Assembly: GCA_041649315.1 (NCBI GenBank)
Contig: JBAZNJ010000004.1
Span: 25,060-89,059, forward strand
Reading direction: 5' to 3'
Origin: Patescibacteria group bacterium
GTDB taxonomy: Bacteria; Patescibacteriota; Patescibacteriia; Patescibacteriales; UBA12465
Length of the DNA: 64,000 bases
Numbering within the stretch: position 1 is the stretch's first letter; each line of letters starts with the position of its first letter. The position numbers and the translations under genes are program-made. Below the pieces are notes generated by a model. It made no database searches and was not told where the DNA came from. It saw only the letters and a program-made list of their open reading frames with translations. Shown piece by piece: positions 35,172 to 44,062 of this stretch.

Positions 35172-35306
35172 TAATTTAATTATCTGTTAAATATCCGGTA
35201 GGTGCCTATTAATTTTTAACGGCATAATCGCTTGTTTTTTAACATTTTTATCGCCGTAACGATTGCTCTCAGAAGAGAACCGGAAACTTAACAGATAATT
35301 AAATTA
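35172..35306. repeat. MITE-like element: 27-bp terminal inverted repeats (25/27 match) enclosing ~81 bp
   Basis: The left arm is taatttaattatctgttaaatatccgg (35172-35198). The right arm is ccggaaacttaacagataattaaatta (35280-35306). Its reverse complement, taatttaattatctgttaagtttccgg, differs from the left arm at 2 positions. The element is intergenic, between divergent genes. Confidence 0.6.
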
Positions 35307-35457
35307 GGCCTTTAAATTGTTTTTTAATGAACTTAATTTTTATAAGAAAATTATATCATATTTATATTTCTTTGTCAAATAATACCTCTTGACGCGATAA
35401 TATATTAATAGTATACTTAAATTAAAGATTTATGATTACTCATTATTACATATCCAT

Positions 35458-36861
35458 ATGATTACTAGGCAAGAATTAAGTTTGAAAAATGAATGGTGGG
35501 TTAATAGCCGATATAAGGTTGAAGAAGCTAAGTTCCCTAAACGCGATTTGTTTGCGATTATTGGAGATAATCTCGAACATCCATTAATGCTTAATATAGT
35601 CGGCCTAAGACGGGTTGGTAAAAGCACCATATTAAGACAGATAATTGGAAAATTACTTGATCTTAAAGTTGAGCCAACTAATATTTTCTATTTCCTTTTT
35701 GATTATTCCAGCCAGATACAAAAACCCGAATTTTTAGATGAAGTTTTATCAGTTTACTTTAAAGAAGTGCTTAATAAGCCGAGCTTGTCTTTGAATGAAA
35801 AAGTTTATGTGTTGTTAGATGAGGTCCAATATATTGAAGATTGGCAATCAATCTTAAAGCGTTACTATGATTTATCAGGTAAGAAAATTAAATTTATAGT
35901 TACTGGATCGCAAAGTATTTTATTAAAGGGGAAATATCGAGAAAGTTTAGCCGGCCGGATTTTTGATTATTATTTGCCGCCGTTGTCATTTAGAGAGTTT
36001 GTTAGAATTAATGATAGTGACGTTAAAATGTTTAAACCATTCGATCTGACAGAGTTGCCCGACGTTTACGGCGAGTTAAGTTCATATAACGCTTATTATG
36101 GTTCAAAAATAACCGAACTAAGCAGAGAATATATAATCACCGGTCAATTCCCGGAAATCAGACAATTGCCGACGCTTGAAAAAAAACAGGAGTATATAGC
36201 CGAGTCAGTGATTGGCAAAGTTATTGATGACTGCATTAGGATCTTTAATATTGAGAAGATTGATGAATTTAAATTAATAGTGAAGCATGTTTTGAATAAT
36301 GTGAGTTCGGTTTTTGAACAAGTAAATGTCGGACGGGAAATCGCCGTATCCCGTTTGACTTTAGATAAATATTTAGAATATTTAAGAAATAGTTATATTT
36401 TTGAGATATTATACAAGTATCATAAGAGTCCGATTAAGCGCGGTCGTATTTTAAAAAAAGTTTATACGCCGTGCATTAATTTCACTTGTGCTTTAAATCA
36501 TTATAAGGAAAGTCATATTGATGAAGTCCCTCAAGCTTTTGGTAAGATAATTGAAAATGTAGTTTACAATACTTTGAATCAAAAATATAAGGGTAGCCAG
36601 ATGGCCGAAGCTTTGAGTTTTTGGCGTCAAGGGGAAAAAGAAATTGATTTTTTACTTAACCAAAATGGAAAGCAATTGCCGATTGAAGTTAAATTTTCGA
36701 ATAACATCAATCCGAAGGATATAGCGCCGACTACTGATTTTATGAAAAAGAAAACGATAAAATACGGGGTTATTGTTACTAGAAGTGAATTGAATAAGAA
36801 GGAAATAAACGGGCAGGTCCTGTATTATATCCCTTATTACCTAATTTTAATGATGATTTAA
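35458..36861 (+). CDS. AAA+ ATPase with DUF4143 domain (second, divergent copy)
   Basis: 467 aa. Walker A GLRRVGKST, Walker B VYVLLDEVQY, then VTGSQSILL...GR. The C-terminus is DUF4143-like and carries EIDFLL. The gene is AT-rich. Confidence 0.75.
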   Translation: MITRQELSLKNEWWVNSRYKVEEAKFPKRDLFAIIGDNLEHPLMLNIVGLRRVGKSTILRQIIGKLLDLKVEPTNIFYFLFDYSSQIQKPEFLDEVLSVYFKEVLNKPSLSLNEKVYVLLDEVQYIEDWQSILKRYYDLSGKKIKFIVTGSQSILLKGKYRESLAGRIFDYYLPPLSFREFVRINDSDVKMFKPFDLTELPDVYGELSSYNAYYGSKITELSREYIITGQFPEIRQLPTLEKKQEYIAESVIGKVIDDCIRIFNIEKIDEFKLIVKHVLNNVSSVFEQVNVGREIAVSRLTLDKYLEYLRNSYIFEILYKYHKSPIKRGRILKKVYTPCINFTCALNHYKESHIDEVPQAFGKIIENVVYNTLNQKYKGSQMAEALSFWRQGEKEIDFLLNQNGKQLPIEVKFSNNINPKDIAPTTDFMKKKTIKYGVIVTRSELNKKEINGQVLYYIPYYLILMMI

Positions 36862-36955
36862 AATAAGAATTATCGATGATTAACGCCCCCTAATTTCTTA
36901 TAGGTTGTAGTCGATAGCTGTATAGTAAGATTATTTATGTCTTAATGCGATCTAT

Positions 36956-36984
36956 TTGCCCCCTATTTTAAAATCTGCTATAAT
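36956..36984 (+). promoter_or_regulatory. Putative promoter with extended -10
   Basis: TTGCCC (36956-36961), a 17-nt spacer, then TGcTATAAT (36976-36984), 30 nt upstream of ATG 37015. Confidence 0.45.
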
Positions 36985-37014
36985 ATCAGCAGATAAATTA
37001 AATAAAAAATCAAT

Positions 37015-37218
37015 ATGAAAAAAACCTTAATCGCGCCGATTTTGACCGGCTTAGTTTTACTGGTCATCGCGGCCATGTTCGTTTATTTTTATCTTCAGCT
37101 AAACCGCCTGGAGAAAAAAACGATCGCTTTACAGACAACTATCGTAAGCGATACGGAGCAAGTTAACGCGGTGATTAACTTTTTAAATTCTAATCTCAAT
37201 GCGCAAACTAATCAATAA
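37015..37218 (+). CDS. Small single-pass membrane protein (unknown function)
   Basis: 67 aa. TM helix IAPILTGLVLLVIAAMFVYFY, then a coiled-coil-like tail ending VINFLNSNLNAQ. It is a paralog of the next ORF. Confidence 0.55.
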   Translation: MKKTLIAPILTGLVLLVIAAMFVYFYLQLNRLEKKTIALQTTIVSDTEQVNAVINFLNSNLNAQTNQ

Positions 37219-37276
37219 TAATAAAAAAAGCGCGCCGGCGCCGGTTTCCGTCCGCCAGGCCGCTAAGACAAAAAAT

Positions 37277-37507
37277 ATGAAAAAAGAAATGACCCTTCCT
37301 TTAATTGCCGGTATCGTGCTCGGCGCCTTATTAATGCTTTTTTGGCAGTTCAATGTCCGCCTAAATAGCGTCCGGGCCGCCGTGACCCAGCTTGACCAGG
37401 CGACCGCTCAGAACACCAAGAACTTAAACGACGTTATTACCTTCTTAAACAACGCTTCCGGCGCTAACCAATCGGCCGGGCAAGAGGCCCCGGTTGTTAC
37501 GGAGTAA
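37277..37507 (+). CDS. Small single-pass membrane protein (paralog of 37015..37218)
   Basis: The track ORF starts at 37199. The ATG at 37277 (MKKEMTLPLIAGIVLGALLMLFW...) matches the paralog's MKKT start. The tail is ...DVITFLNNASGANQ. Confidence 0.5.
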   Translation: MKKEMTLPLIAGIVLGALLMLFWQFNVRLNSVRAAVTQLDQATAQNTKNLNDVITFLNNASGANQSAGQEAPVVTE

Positions 37508-37583
37508 TCGGATCGAGTTTTTTAGTAGATACATAAAAGCAATTAACCCTGTGATTTTGTCGCGGGGAGTAAATACGAAAAAT

Positions 37584-37612
37584 ACAAAACCCTGCCTTTG
37601 GTGGGGTTTTGT
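37584..37612 (+). terminator. Hairpin (acaaaaccc / gggttttgt) downstream of the small membrane protein genes
   Basis: 9-bp stem with an 11-nt loop. The T-tract is part of the stem. A degenerate second copy lies at about 37690-37720. Confidence 0.4.
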
Positions 37613-37735
37613 GATATAATACTGAATATTGAACGATAATTAGAGTTAAAAGTAAGAATTTATCTCATGTTTAGATCTATTACGAAAAATATACAATCCT
37701 GTTTTTAGCGGATTTTGTGCGGATTTTATGGGATA

Positions 37736-37764
37736 TTGACTAATAACTAGAAATAATGTATAAT
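37736..37764 (+). promoter_or_regulatory. Putative promoter of the abiEi/abiEii operon
   Basis: TTGACT (37736-37741), a 17-nt spacer, then TGTATAAT (37757-37764), 30 nt upstream of the start codon. Confidence 0.5.
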
Positions 37765-37794
37765 GGAAGTATGATTATTTCTTACTTCCGTTAG

Positions 37795-38376
37795 ATGTTT
37801 ATGGATAATTTAACCGCTAAACTATATCAATCACCAAAAACCGTCTTAACTATTAAGGACTTAGCTTTGATTTGGCGCGAGAATAATTCAGATAATCTAA
37901 AGGCCAAGGTTTCTTATTATGTTAAGCAAGGAGTTTTAATCCGCCTAACTCGCGGCGTTTTTGTTAAAGATCGGGAGTATAATCCGAAAGAATTAGCCAC
38001 AAGTTTATACACCCCGTCATATATCAGCTTTGAAACAGCTTTACGGCAAGCTGGAATGATTTTCCAATATTATGAAACAATTTTTGTCGCTTCAAAATGG
38101 CCGAAGAATCTGGAAATAGATGGTCATAAGATTGCTTTTCGGAAACTTAAAGACGAGGTACTTTTTAATCCGAGCGGCGTAATCAGTAAGGATAATTATA
38201 ATCTGGCGACACCAGAACGGGCTTTTTTGGATATGATTTATATCGCGCCCAATTATTATTTTGATAATCTTGGGCCGCTTGACTGGGAAAAATGCGCCCG
38301 CTTAGTCAAGATTTATAATAATAAGCAATTAATAAAAAGAGTGGACGAATACCATAAAATTTATGCTCAATCATGA
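37795..38376 (+). CDS. abiEi: AbiEi-family antitoxin / transcriptional regulator (type IV TA)
   Basis: 193 aa. The N-terminal wHTH pattern ...LTIKDLALIW...SYYVKQGVLIRLTRGVF and the YISFETAL block are typical of AbiEi. It overlaps the downstream toxin gene by 14 nt. Confidence 0.7.
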   Translation: MFMDNLTAKLYQSPKTVLTIKDLALIWRENNSDNLKAKVSYYVKQGVLIRLTRGVFVKDREYNPKELATSLYTPSYISFETALRQAGMIFQYYETIFVASKWPKNLEIDGHKIAFRKLKDEVLFNPSGVISKDNYNLATPERAFLDMIYIAPNYYFDNLGPLDWEKCARLVKIYNNKQLIKRVDEYHKIYAQS

Positions 38377-39076
38377 AAAACATCAATTAATAATGGGGAA
38401 GATTCTAAAGGATATTTATTCCGATATTTCCATTAGCTCGGCTTTGGGTTTTAAGGGCGGGACTTGCGCTTATTTTTTTTATGAATTGCCGCGTTTTTCC
38501 GTGGATTTGGATTTTGATTTATTAACCGAGGATGCGTCCGACCGGGAAGAAATTTTTAAGAAAATTGTGAATATTTTAGAGAAATATGGAGAAGTCAAGG
38601 ATAAGCGCGTTAAAAGATTTACGATTTTTGCTCTGCTTTCCTATGGCGACGAGGAGCATAATATTAAGGTGGAAATTAATATGAGAAAATTAGCGGCCGA
38701 TATCCGGAAGCGTTATGAACTTAAAGAGTATCTCGGCATTTCGTTATTAGCGGCCAAACCCGAACATTTGTTTGCCGGAAAGTTAATCGCCCTCACTTCA
38801 AGAAGTAAGCCGGCGATGCGGGATATCTATGATGTTTATCATTTCGCTAATAACGATTGGAGCATTGATGAGGAAGTAGTTATGGTTATGACCGGCAAAA
38901 CGGTTAAGGAACAATTGGCGGATTGTCTGGCTTTTGTAGAGAAAGTTGATAATAATGAGATTTTACATGGTTTGGGCGAATTAGTTAAAAGCGAAAAAGA
39001 AAAAGATTGGGTTAGGCAACATTTGAAAAAAGAAGCGATCTTCATGTTGAAACTTTATTTACAATCTTTTAAATAA
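38363..39076 (+). CDS. abiEii: AbiEii/AbiGii-family nucleotidyltransferase toxin (DUF1814)
   Basis: 237 aa. The N-terminal FKGGTCAYFFYELPRFSVDLDFDL matches the GG(T/S)...R.S.D.D nucleotidyltransferase motif of AbiEii. Confidence 0.75.
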   Translation: MLNHEKHQLIMGKILKDIYSDISISSALGFKGGTCAYFFYELPRFSVDLDFDLLTEDASDREEIFKKIVNILEKYGEVKDKRVKRFTIFALLSYGDEEHNIKVEINMRKLAADIRKRYELKEYLGISLLAAKPEHLFAGKLIALTSRSKPAMRDIYDVYHFANNDWSIDEEVVMVMTGKTVKEQLADCLAFVEKVDNNEILHGLGELVKSEKEKDWVRQHLKKEAIFMLKLYLQSFK

Positions 39077-39093
39077 TAATTTATAAAAATCAC

Positions 39094-41226
39094 ATGACCC
39101 GTTCCGAGGCGCAAAAACGGATTGAGAAACTTAAGGCGGAAATTGACGCTCATCGCTATAATTACCATGTTTTAGACCAAGAAACGATTTCATCGGCGGC
39201 TTTAGATTCTTTAAAGCACGAAATCTTTCGTTTAGAAAACGACTGGCCGGGCTTAGTGACCCCGGATTCGCCGACTCAAAGGGTAGCTGGCGCGCCTTTG
39301 GAAAAATTTAAGAAAACCGCGCATAGCGAACCGATGATTTCGCTGTTTGATGCCTTTAGTGAGGAGGATATGCGCGCTTGGGCCGAGCGGAACGCTAATT
39401 ATTTAAAGCGGGATTTTGCGCCCGAGTATTATGCCGAATTAAAATTAGACGGCTTGGCGATAAATTTAAGATATGAGAAAGGGTTTTTGATTTCCGCGGC
39501 AACCCGGGGTGATGGCCGGGTCGGGGAAGAAGTGATTAGTAATGTTCGGACGATCGCCAGCATACCTTTGAAACTGCGGCGGCCGAGCGAGAAAGAATTG
39601 GCCGGCTTGGGCTTAAGCGTTGTCGAGGTTAAGCGTGTTTTAGACCTGGTTGATTCCGGCCGGATCGAGATTCGCGGGGAAGCGATAATGACTAAAAATG
39701 TTTTTGAACGCCTGAATAAGAAATACGCGCGTTTAGGCCAGGCGCTACTGGCTAATACCCGCAACGCCGTAGCCGGTTCAATTCGTCAGCTGGATGCAAA
39801 AATAGCGGCCGAACGGAAATTGGACTTCTATGCTTATGATTTATTATTGAATGGTTTGGAGCGCGGCAATGTTGTCGCGCGACGGGATCAGGCGGATCAG
39901 CTCGCTAATCTGTTCGGTTTAAAAACTTTGCGTCAGAATCGGCGCGCCCGGGGCTTAGAAGAAATTTTTGTTTTTTATCAGGAGATAGAAAAGAAACGCG
40001 AGCGTCTGCCTTTCCATATTGACGGCATTGTCGTGAAAATTAATGATTTAAAAATGTGGCCGATACTCGGAATTGTCGGCAAAGCGCCGCGCTATATGAT
40101 GGCCTATAAATTTTCCGCCGAACAGGCAACGACGAAAGTTCGGGCTGTGGCTTGGCAGGTCGGACGGACCGGCGCGCTCACGCCGACCGCGCTCTTAGAA
40201 TCGGTTAGGGTCGGCGGGGCCTTAATTAGCCGTTCAACTTTACATAATTTTGACGAAATTAAGCGATTGGATTTAAGAATCGGTGACACGGTTATTATTG
40301 AACGTTCCGGCGACGTGATTCCGAAAGTCATTAAGGTTTTGAAAAATCTGCGGGACGGGAAAGAAAAGAAAATCAGTCCGCCCGCGGTTTGTCCGATGTG
40401 CGGCGGCCGAGTTGTGCGAGAGGATGGGGAAGTCGCTTATCGTTGCGCCGACCGGCGCTGTTATGCCGTCGCTTTAAGGCAGATAATTCATTTTGTTTCT
40501 AAAGGCGCGGCTGATCTTGAGGGACTCGGGCCGAAAGTGATTGAACAATTTATGACCGCGGGGCTGATTAAAGACGCGGCGGATTTATATTTTCTTCGCC
40601 GGGAAGATTTACTTAGCTTAGAACGTTTTGCTGAAAAGAAAGCAGATAATATTTTAGCGATGATCGCGGCCCGGCGCGAATTATCTTTAGCTCGGTTTAT
40701 CTACGGCCTGGGAATCCGTCATGTCGGCGAAGAGACCGCGGAATTATTAGCCGGGACTTTAGAGCTTAAGATAGCCGGAGGATCGGCTATGGGCAAAATA
40801 AAGGTTCCGGAATTAATTAGAGTTTTTCAAAAATTAAAAACAGATGATTTGGAAAAATTTAGCGATATTGGCCCGATTGTGGCGGAAAGCATCGTTGAAT
40901 TTTGGCAAGATAAGCATAATTTAAAGATTTTAGAGAAATTTGACCGGGCCGGTATAGTTTTACTAATGAGCGAGAAAACGGCGCCTGGCGGCCAAAATAG
41001 GCCATTAAAAGACCAAATTTTCGTCCTAACCGGCGCTTTAGCTGGTTTGACAAGGGGGGAAGCGAAAGATAAAATAAAAGAGTTGGGCGGGAAAGTAAAG
41101 GATAGTGTAAGTCGGGAAACGGATTATGTCGTTGCCGGCGCCGACCCGGGCTCTAAGTATGAGCGGGCGAAGCAATTAGGGGTTAAAATTTTAAATGAGG
41201 AGGAATTTTTGAAGATGTTAAAATAG
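39094..41226 (+). CDS. ligA: NAD-dependent DNA ligase LigA
   Basis: 710 aa. Adenylation motif ELKLDGLA, OB fold, a Zn-finger CPMCGGRVVREDGEVAYRCADRRC, HhH repeats and a C-terminal BRCT (FVLTGALAGLTRGEAKDKIKELGGKV). Confidence 0.95.
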   Translation: MTRSEAQKRIEKLKAEIDAHRYNYHVLDQETISSAALDSLKHEIFRLENDWPGLVTPDSPTQRVAGAPLEKFKKTAHSEPMISLFDAFSEEDMRAWAERNANYLKRDFAPEYYAELKLDGLAINLRYEKGFLISAATRGDGRVGEEVISNVRTIASIPLKLRRPSEKELAGLGLSVVEVKRVLDLVDSGRIEIRGEAIMTKNVFERLNKKYARLGQALLANTRNAVAGSIRQLDAKIAAERKLDFYAYDLLLNGLERGNVVARRDQADQLANLFGLKTLRQNRRARGLEEIFVFYQEIEKKRERLPFHIDGIVVKINDLKMWPILGIVGKAPRYMMAYKFSAEQATTKVRAVAWQVGRTGALTPTALLESVRVGGALISRSTLHNFDEIKRLDLRIGDTVIIERSGDVIPKVIKVLKNLRDGKEKKISPPAVCPMCGGRVVREDGEVAYRCADRRCYAVALRQIIHFVSKGAADLEGLGPKVIEQFMTAGLIKDAADLYFLRREDLLSLERFAEKKADNILAMIAARRELSLARFIYGLGIRHVGEETAELLAGTLELKIAGGSAMGKIKVPELIRVFQKLKTDDLEKFSDIGPIVAESIVEFWQDKHNLKILEKFDRAGIVLLMSEKTAPGGQNRPLKDQIFVLTGALAGLTRGEAKDKIKELGGKVKDSVSRETDYVVAGADPGSKYERAKQLGVKILNEEEFLKMLK

Positions 41227-41230
41227 TTTT

Positions 41231-41518
41231 ATGTCTATAACTAATGATGAAATAAAATATGTTGCCGGACTCGCGCGCTTAGAATTAAGCGCGGCGGAAA
41301 TAAAAAAATTTAGCGGCCAGCTGAACGGAATTTTAGAATACATCGGCCAATTAAAAGGCGTTGATACGACGCGGGTTAAGGCCGCGGTTTCGGCCAGCGG
41401 ATTAATGGATGTCTGGCGGACGGATGAAATTAAAGAATGGCCGCGCGACGAAGTCGAGGCGGCGTTAAATCAGGGCGAGCTTGAAGGTGGACGGATTCGG
41501 GTTAAGCGGGTTTTGTAA
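41231..41518 (+). CDS. gatC: Asp/Glu-tRNA amidotransferase subunit C
   Basis: 95 aa. Contains VAGLARLELSAAEIKKFSGQLNGILEYIGQL. It lies directly upstream of gatA. Confidence 0.9.
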   Translation: MSITNDEIKYVAGLARLELSAAEIKKFSGQLNGILEYIGQLKGVDTTRVKAAVSASGLMDVWRTDEIKEWPRDEVEAALNQGELEGGRIRVKRVL

Positions 41519-41526
41519 AATAAAAA

Positions 41527-43068
41527 ATGTCTTTAAATAAACTTACAATCAAAGAAGCGCGGGGGAAATTAGATAGTGGCGAAATAACGGCGCTTGATTT
41601 GACGCGTGCCTGCCTGGCGCGGATTAAGGAAGTCGATGGGGAAATTCATGCTTGTTTATCTATTTGCGAAAAAGAAGCTTTGGTCGCGGCGGAAGAAGCG
41701 GACAAACGGCTTAAAGCCGGCGAGACTGGAGATCTTTTGGGTATACCGTATTTATGTAAGGATAATATAATGACTAAGGGCTTAAAAACCACAGCCGCTT
41801 CAAAGATTTTAGAAAATTATGTCGCGCCTTATGACGCGACCGTGATTGAAAAATTAAAAGAGGCCGGGTCGGTCCTGCTCGGCAAGACGAATCTTGACGA
41901 ATTTGCGCATGGCGCCTCTACGGAAAATTCCGCTTACGGTCCGACGAAAAATCCGCGCGATTTAAGCCGGGTACCGGGCGGTTCGTCCGGCGGCAGTGCG
42001 GCCGCAGTGGCCGCGGATATGTGTATTTTTGCCATTGGTTCCGATACCGGTGGCTCAATCCGTTATCCAGCCAGTTTCTGCGGCGTAATCGGTCTTAAGC
42101 CGAGCTATGGCCGGGTTTCCCGCTTCGGTCTTTTGTCAATGACTTCCTCGACCGATGTTATCGGTCCGCTTGCTAAAACCGCTTATGATGCTGCTTTAGT
42201 CCTAAAACATATCGCTGGCGCAGACGAACGGGATGCGACCAGCGCGCCGGAGGCGGCCGGACATTATGAAAAAGAAATGTTTCGGAACGCTGGTTTGGAT
42301 GAAGTTATGGCTGATTATGTTGAACCGGAAAAAGATAATGCCGGAGAACAAGATGGATTGCGCTTGAAGGGGCTGAAAGTCGGTCTGCCGAAAGAATATT
42401 TTTTAAAGGAATTAAAACCGGAAGTCGCCGCGCAAATTAAAAAAGCCGGAGAGAAATTAGTTGCGGCCGGTGCGGAATTAGTGGAAATTAGTTTACCGTA
42501 TACAAAATATGTCGTGCCGACTTATTATATTATTACGCCGGCGGAAATAAGTTCTAATTTAGCGCGTTTTGACGGCATCGGCTGGGGCTTGTCCGCTCCA
42601 GAAGCGTCCGGTCTCCAGGAATTTTATCAAGCGAATCGCGGAATCGGTTTCGGTCCGGAAGCGAAGCGCCGCATTATGCTCGGAACCTATGCTTTAAGCG
42701 CCGGCTATTATGATGCTTATTATAAAAAAGCCCAGGCCGTTCGGGCCTTGATTGCCGAAGATTTTTCCCGGGCCTTTGAAAAAGTTGATTTAATATTGAC
42801 GCCGACCGCCCCGCATCCGGCTTTCAAGCTCGGCCAGCAGGTTGATGATCCCTTAGCTATGTATCTTGAAGATATTTTCGTGGCCGGCGCGTCTTTAGCC
42901 GGCTTGCCCGCGGTTTCTGTTCCGGCCGGGGAGGTAGCGGTAGCGGATGGTGGAAAAGATATTGACGGAAAGCCGGCGGCGGCTATGCCGGTCGGGGCGC
43001 AAATTATCGGTCCGCGCTTGAAAGAAGGCCTGGTTTTACGGGCGGCTGGAGTGTTAGAAAGGGAATAA
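41527..43068 (+). CDS. gatA: Asp/Glu-tRNA amidotransferase subunit A (amidase family)
   Basis: 513 aa. Amidase signature GGSSGGSAAAVA...GSDTGGSIR. An insertion of about 30 aa sits near residue 250 and another near the C-terminus. No gatB follows in the window. Confidence 0.9.
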   Translation: MSLNKLTIKEARGKLDSGEITALDLTRACLARIKEVDGEIHACLSICEKEALVAAEEADKRLKAGETGDLLGIPYLCKDNIMTKGLKTTAASKILENYVAPYDATVIEKLKEAGSVLLGKTNLDEFAHGASTENSAYGPTKNPRDLSRVPGGSSGGSAAAVAADMCIFAIGSDTGGSIRYPASFCGVIGLKPSYGRVSRFGLLSMTSSTDVIGPLAKTAYDAALVLKHIAGADERDATSAPEAAGHYEKEMFRNAGLDEVMADYVEPEKDNAGEQDGLRLKGLKVGLPKEYFLKELKPEVAAQIKKAGEKLVAAGAELVEISLPYTKYVVPTYYIITPAEISSNLARFDGIGWGLSAPEASGLQEFYQANRGIGFGPEAKRRIMLGTYALSAGYYDAYYKKAQAVRALIAEDFSRAFEKVDLILTPTAPHPAFKLGQQVDDPLAMYLEDIFVAGASLAGLPAVSVPAGEVAVADGGKDIDGKPAAAMPVGAQIIGPRLKEGLVLRAAGVLERE

Positions 43069-43079
43069 TTTATAAATAT

Positions 43080-43823
43080 ATGAAAAAGAATCTAGAAATT
43101 CTTTTGATAATAACGATGTTTGTCGTTACAATCGCCGCGTTAATTATAATTTTCAGCCGGCCAAAACCCGTGCCGTCCGTACCGGTGGAAGTAAGGCCAG
43201 AGCCGGAGGAGATAATTAAAGATTTCCAAAGCGCTCGGGCACAGAGCTATGCCGCAGTTAAAGAATTAGACGCGGACGGGAATGATAAGATTATCGGGTC
43301 AATAGAGGCGCCGCTTAAGATTTTTGTTTATGAAAATTATCTTGATCTTTATAGCGCGAATTTAGCGGAAACATTGGAGCGGATTAAAGAAGAAGAGGCG
43401 GAACAAGTCGCTTTAGTCGTCCGTCCCTATGCCGTCGACGGATCTTTAGCGGCTAAACAGGCGGCCTCGGCCGTAGATTGCGCCGGCGAAGCCGGGAAGT
43501 GGGCGGAAATGCGGGATTTATTATTTATTAAGACGAAAAACGGAGGGTTTGATCTGAGCCGGCTTTTAGATTATGCCCGGGAAATCGGTTTGGACGAAAA
43601 AGATTTTTCCGCCTGCTTGACTAAAAATGAAAAATCAGAAAAAATAGAGAAGTTAACGGCAGAAGCGGAAGATTATCTGGTTCAAGGTACGCCGACTATT
43701 TTTATCGGCGATGAGATGATTTTAGGCGCCCGGCCTTATGATGATTTTATTGATTCAAATGGAGATAAGATTGAAGGATTAAAGGCGGTGGTGGCGAAAA
43801 GCTTGCAGAAGATAGTGGATTAG
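43080..43823 (+). CDS. DsbA-fold (thioredoxin-like) membrane-anchored protein lacking the CxxC active site
   Basis: 247 aa. N-terminal TM helix. Family-typical VDCAGEAGKWAEM and GTPTIFIGDEMILGARPYDDF blocks. The position where the family has F-x-C-P-x-C reads YENYLDLYSANL, with no Cys. Confidence 0.55.
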   Translation: MKKNLEILLIITMFVVTIAALIIIFSRPKPVPSVPVEVRPEPEEIIKDFQSARAQSYAAVKELDADGNDKIIGSIEAPLKIFVYENYLDLYSANLAETLERIKEEEAEQVALVVRPYAVDGSLAAKQAASAVDCAGEAGKWAEMRDLLFIKTKNGGFDLSRLLDYAREIGLDEKDFSACLTKNEKSEKIEKLTAEAEDYLVQGTPTIFIGDEMILGARPYDDFIDSNGDKIEGLKAVVAKSLQKIVD

Positions 43824-43880
43824 AAAATTATAATATTTTTAATTTTTTTAAATTCAGGATTTTTAATTTATATAAAAATT

Positions 43881-43967
43881 GGAGAGATGCGAGAGTGGTT
43901 TAATCGGCAGACCTGGAAAGTCTGTGTATTCGCAAGGGTACCGAGGGTTCGAATCCCTCTCTCTCCG
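43881..43967 (+). tRNA. tRNA-Ser (anticodon GGA), class II with long variable arm, no encoded CCA
   Basis: Hand-folded. Acceptor GGAGAGA/TCTCTCC. D stem CGA/TCG. Anticodon stem CAGAC/GTCTG with loop CTGGAAA. An 18-nt variable arm. T stem GAGGG/CCCTC with loop TTCGAAT. Discriminator G. Confidence 0.9.
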
Positions 43968-43994
43968 CAACATCGTGCTAGCACGAGGTAGTTT

Positions 43995-44024
43995 AAAACA
44001 GAGCTTTTAAAAGCTCTGTTTTTA
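43995..44024 (+). terminator. Perfect palindromic hairpin plus T-run downstream of tRNA-Ser
   Basis: aacagagctttt / aaaagctctgtt, followed by ttt. Confidence 0.7.
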
Positions 44025-44062
44025 ATTGGGAAAAAGCTAGTTTTTCCTTAAAATAAGCTATT

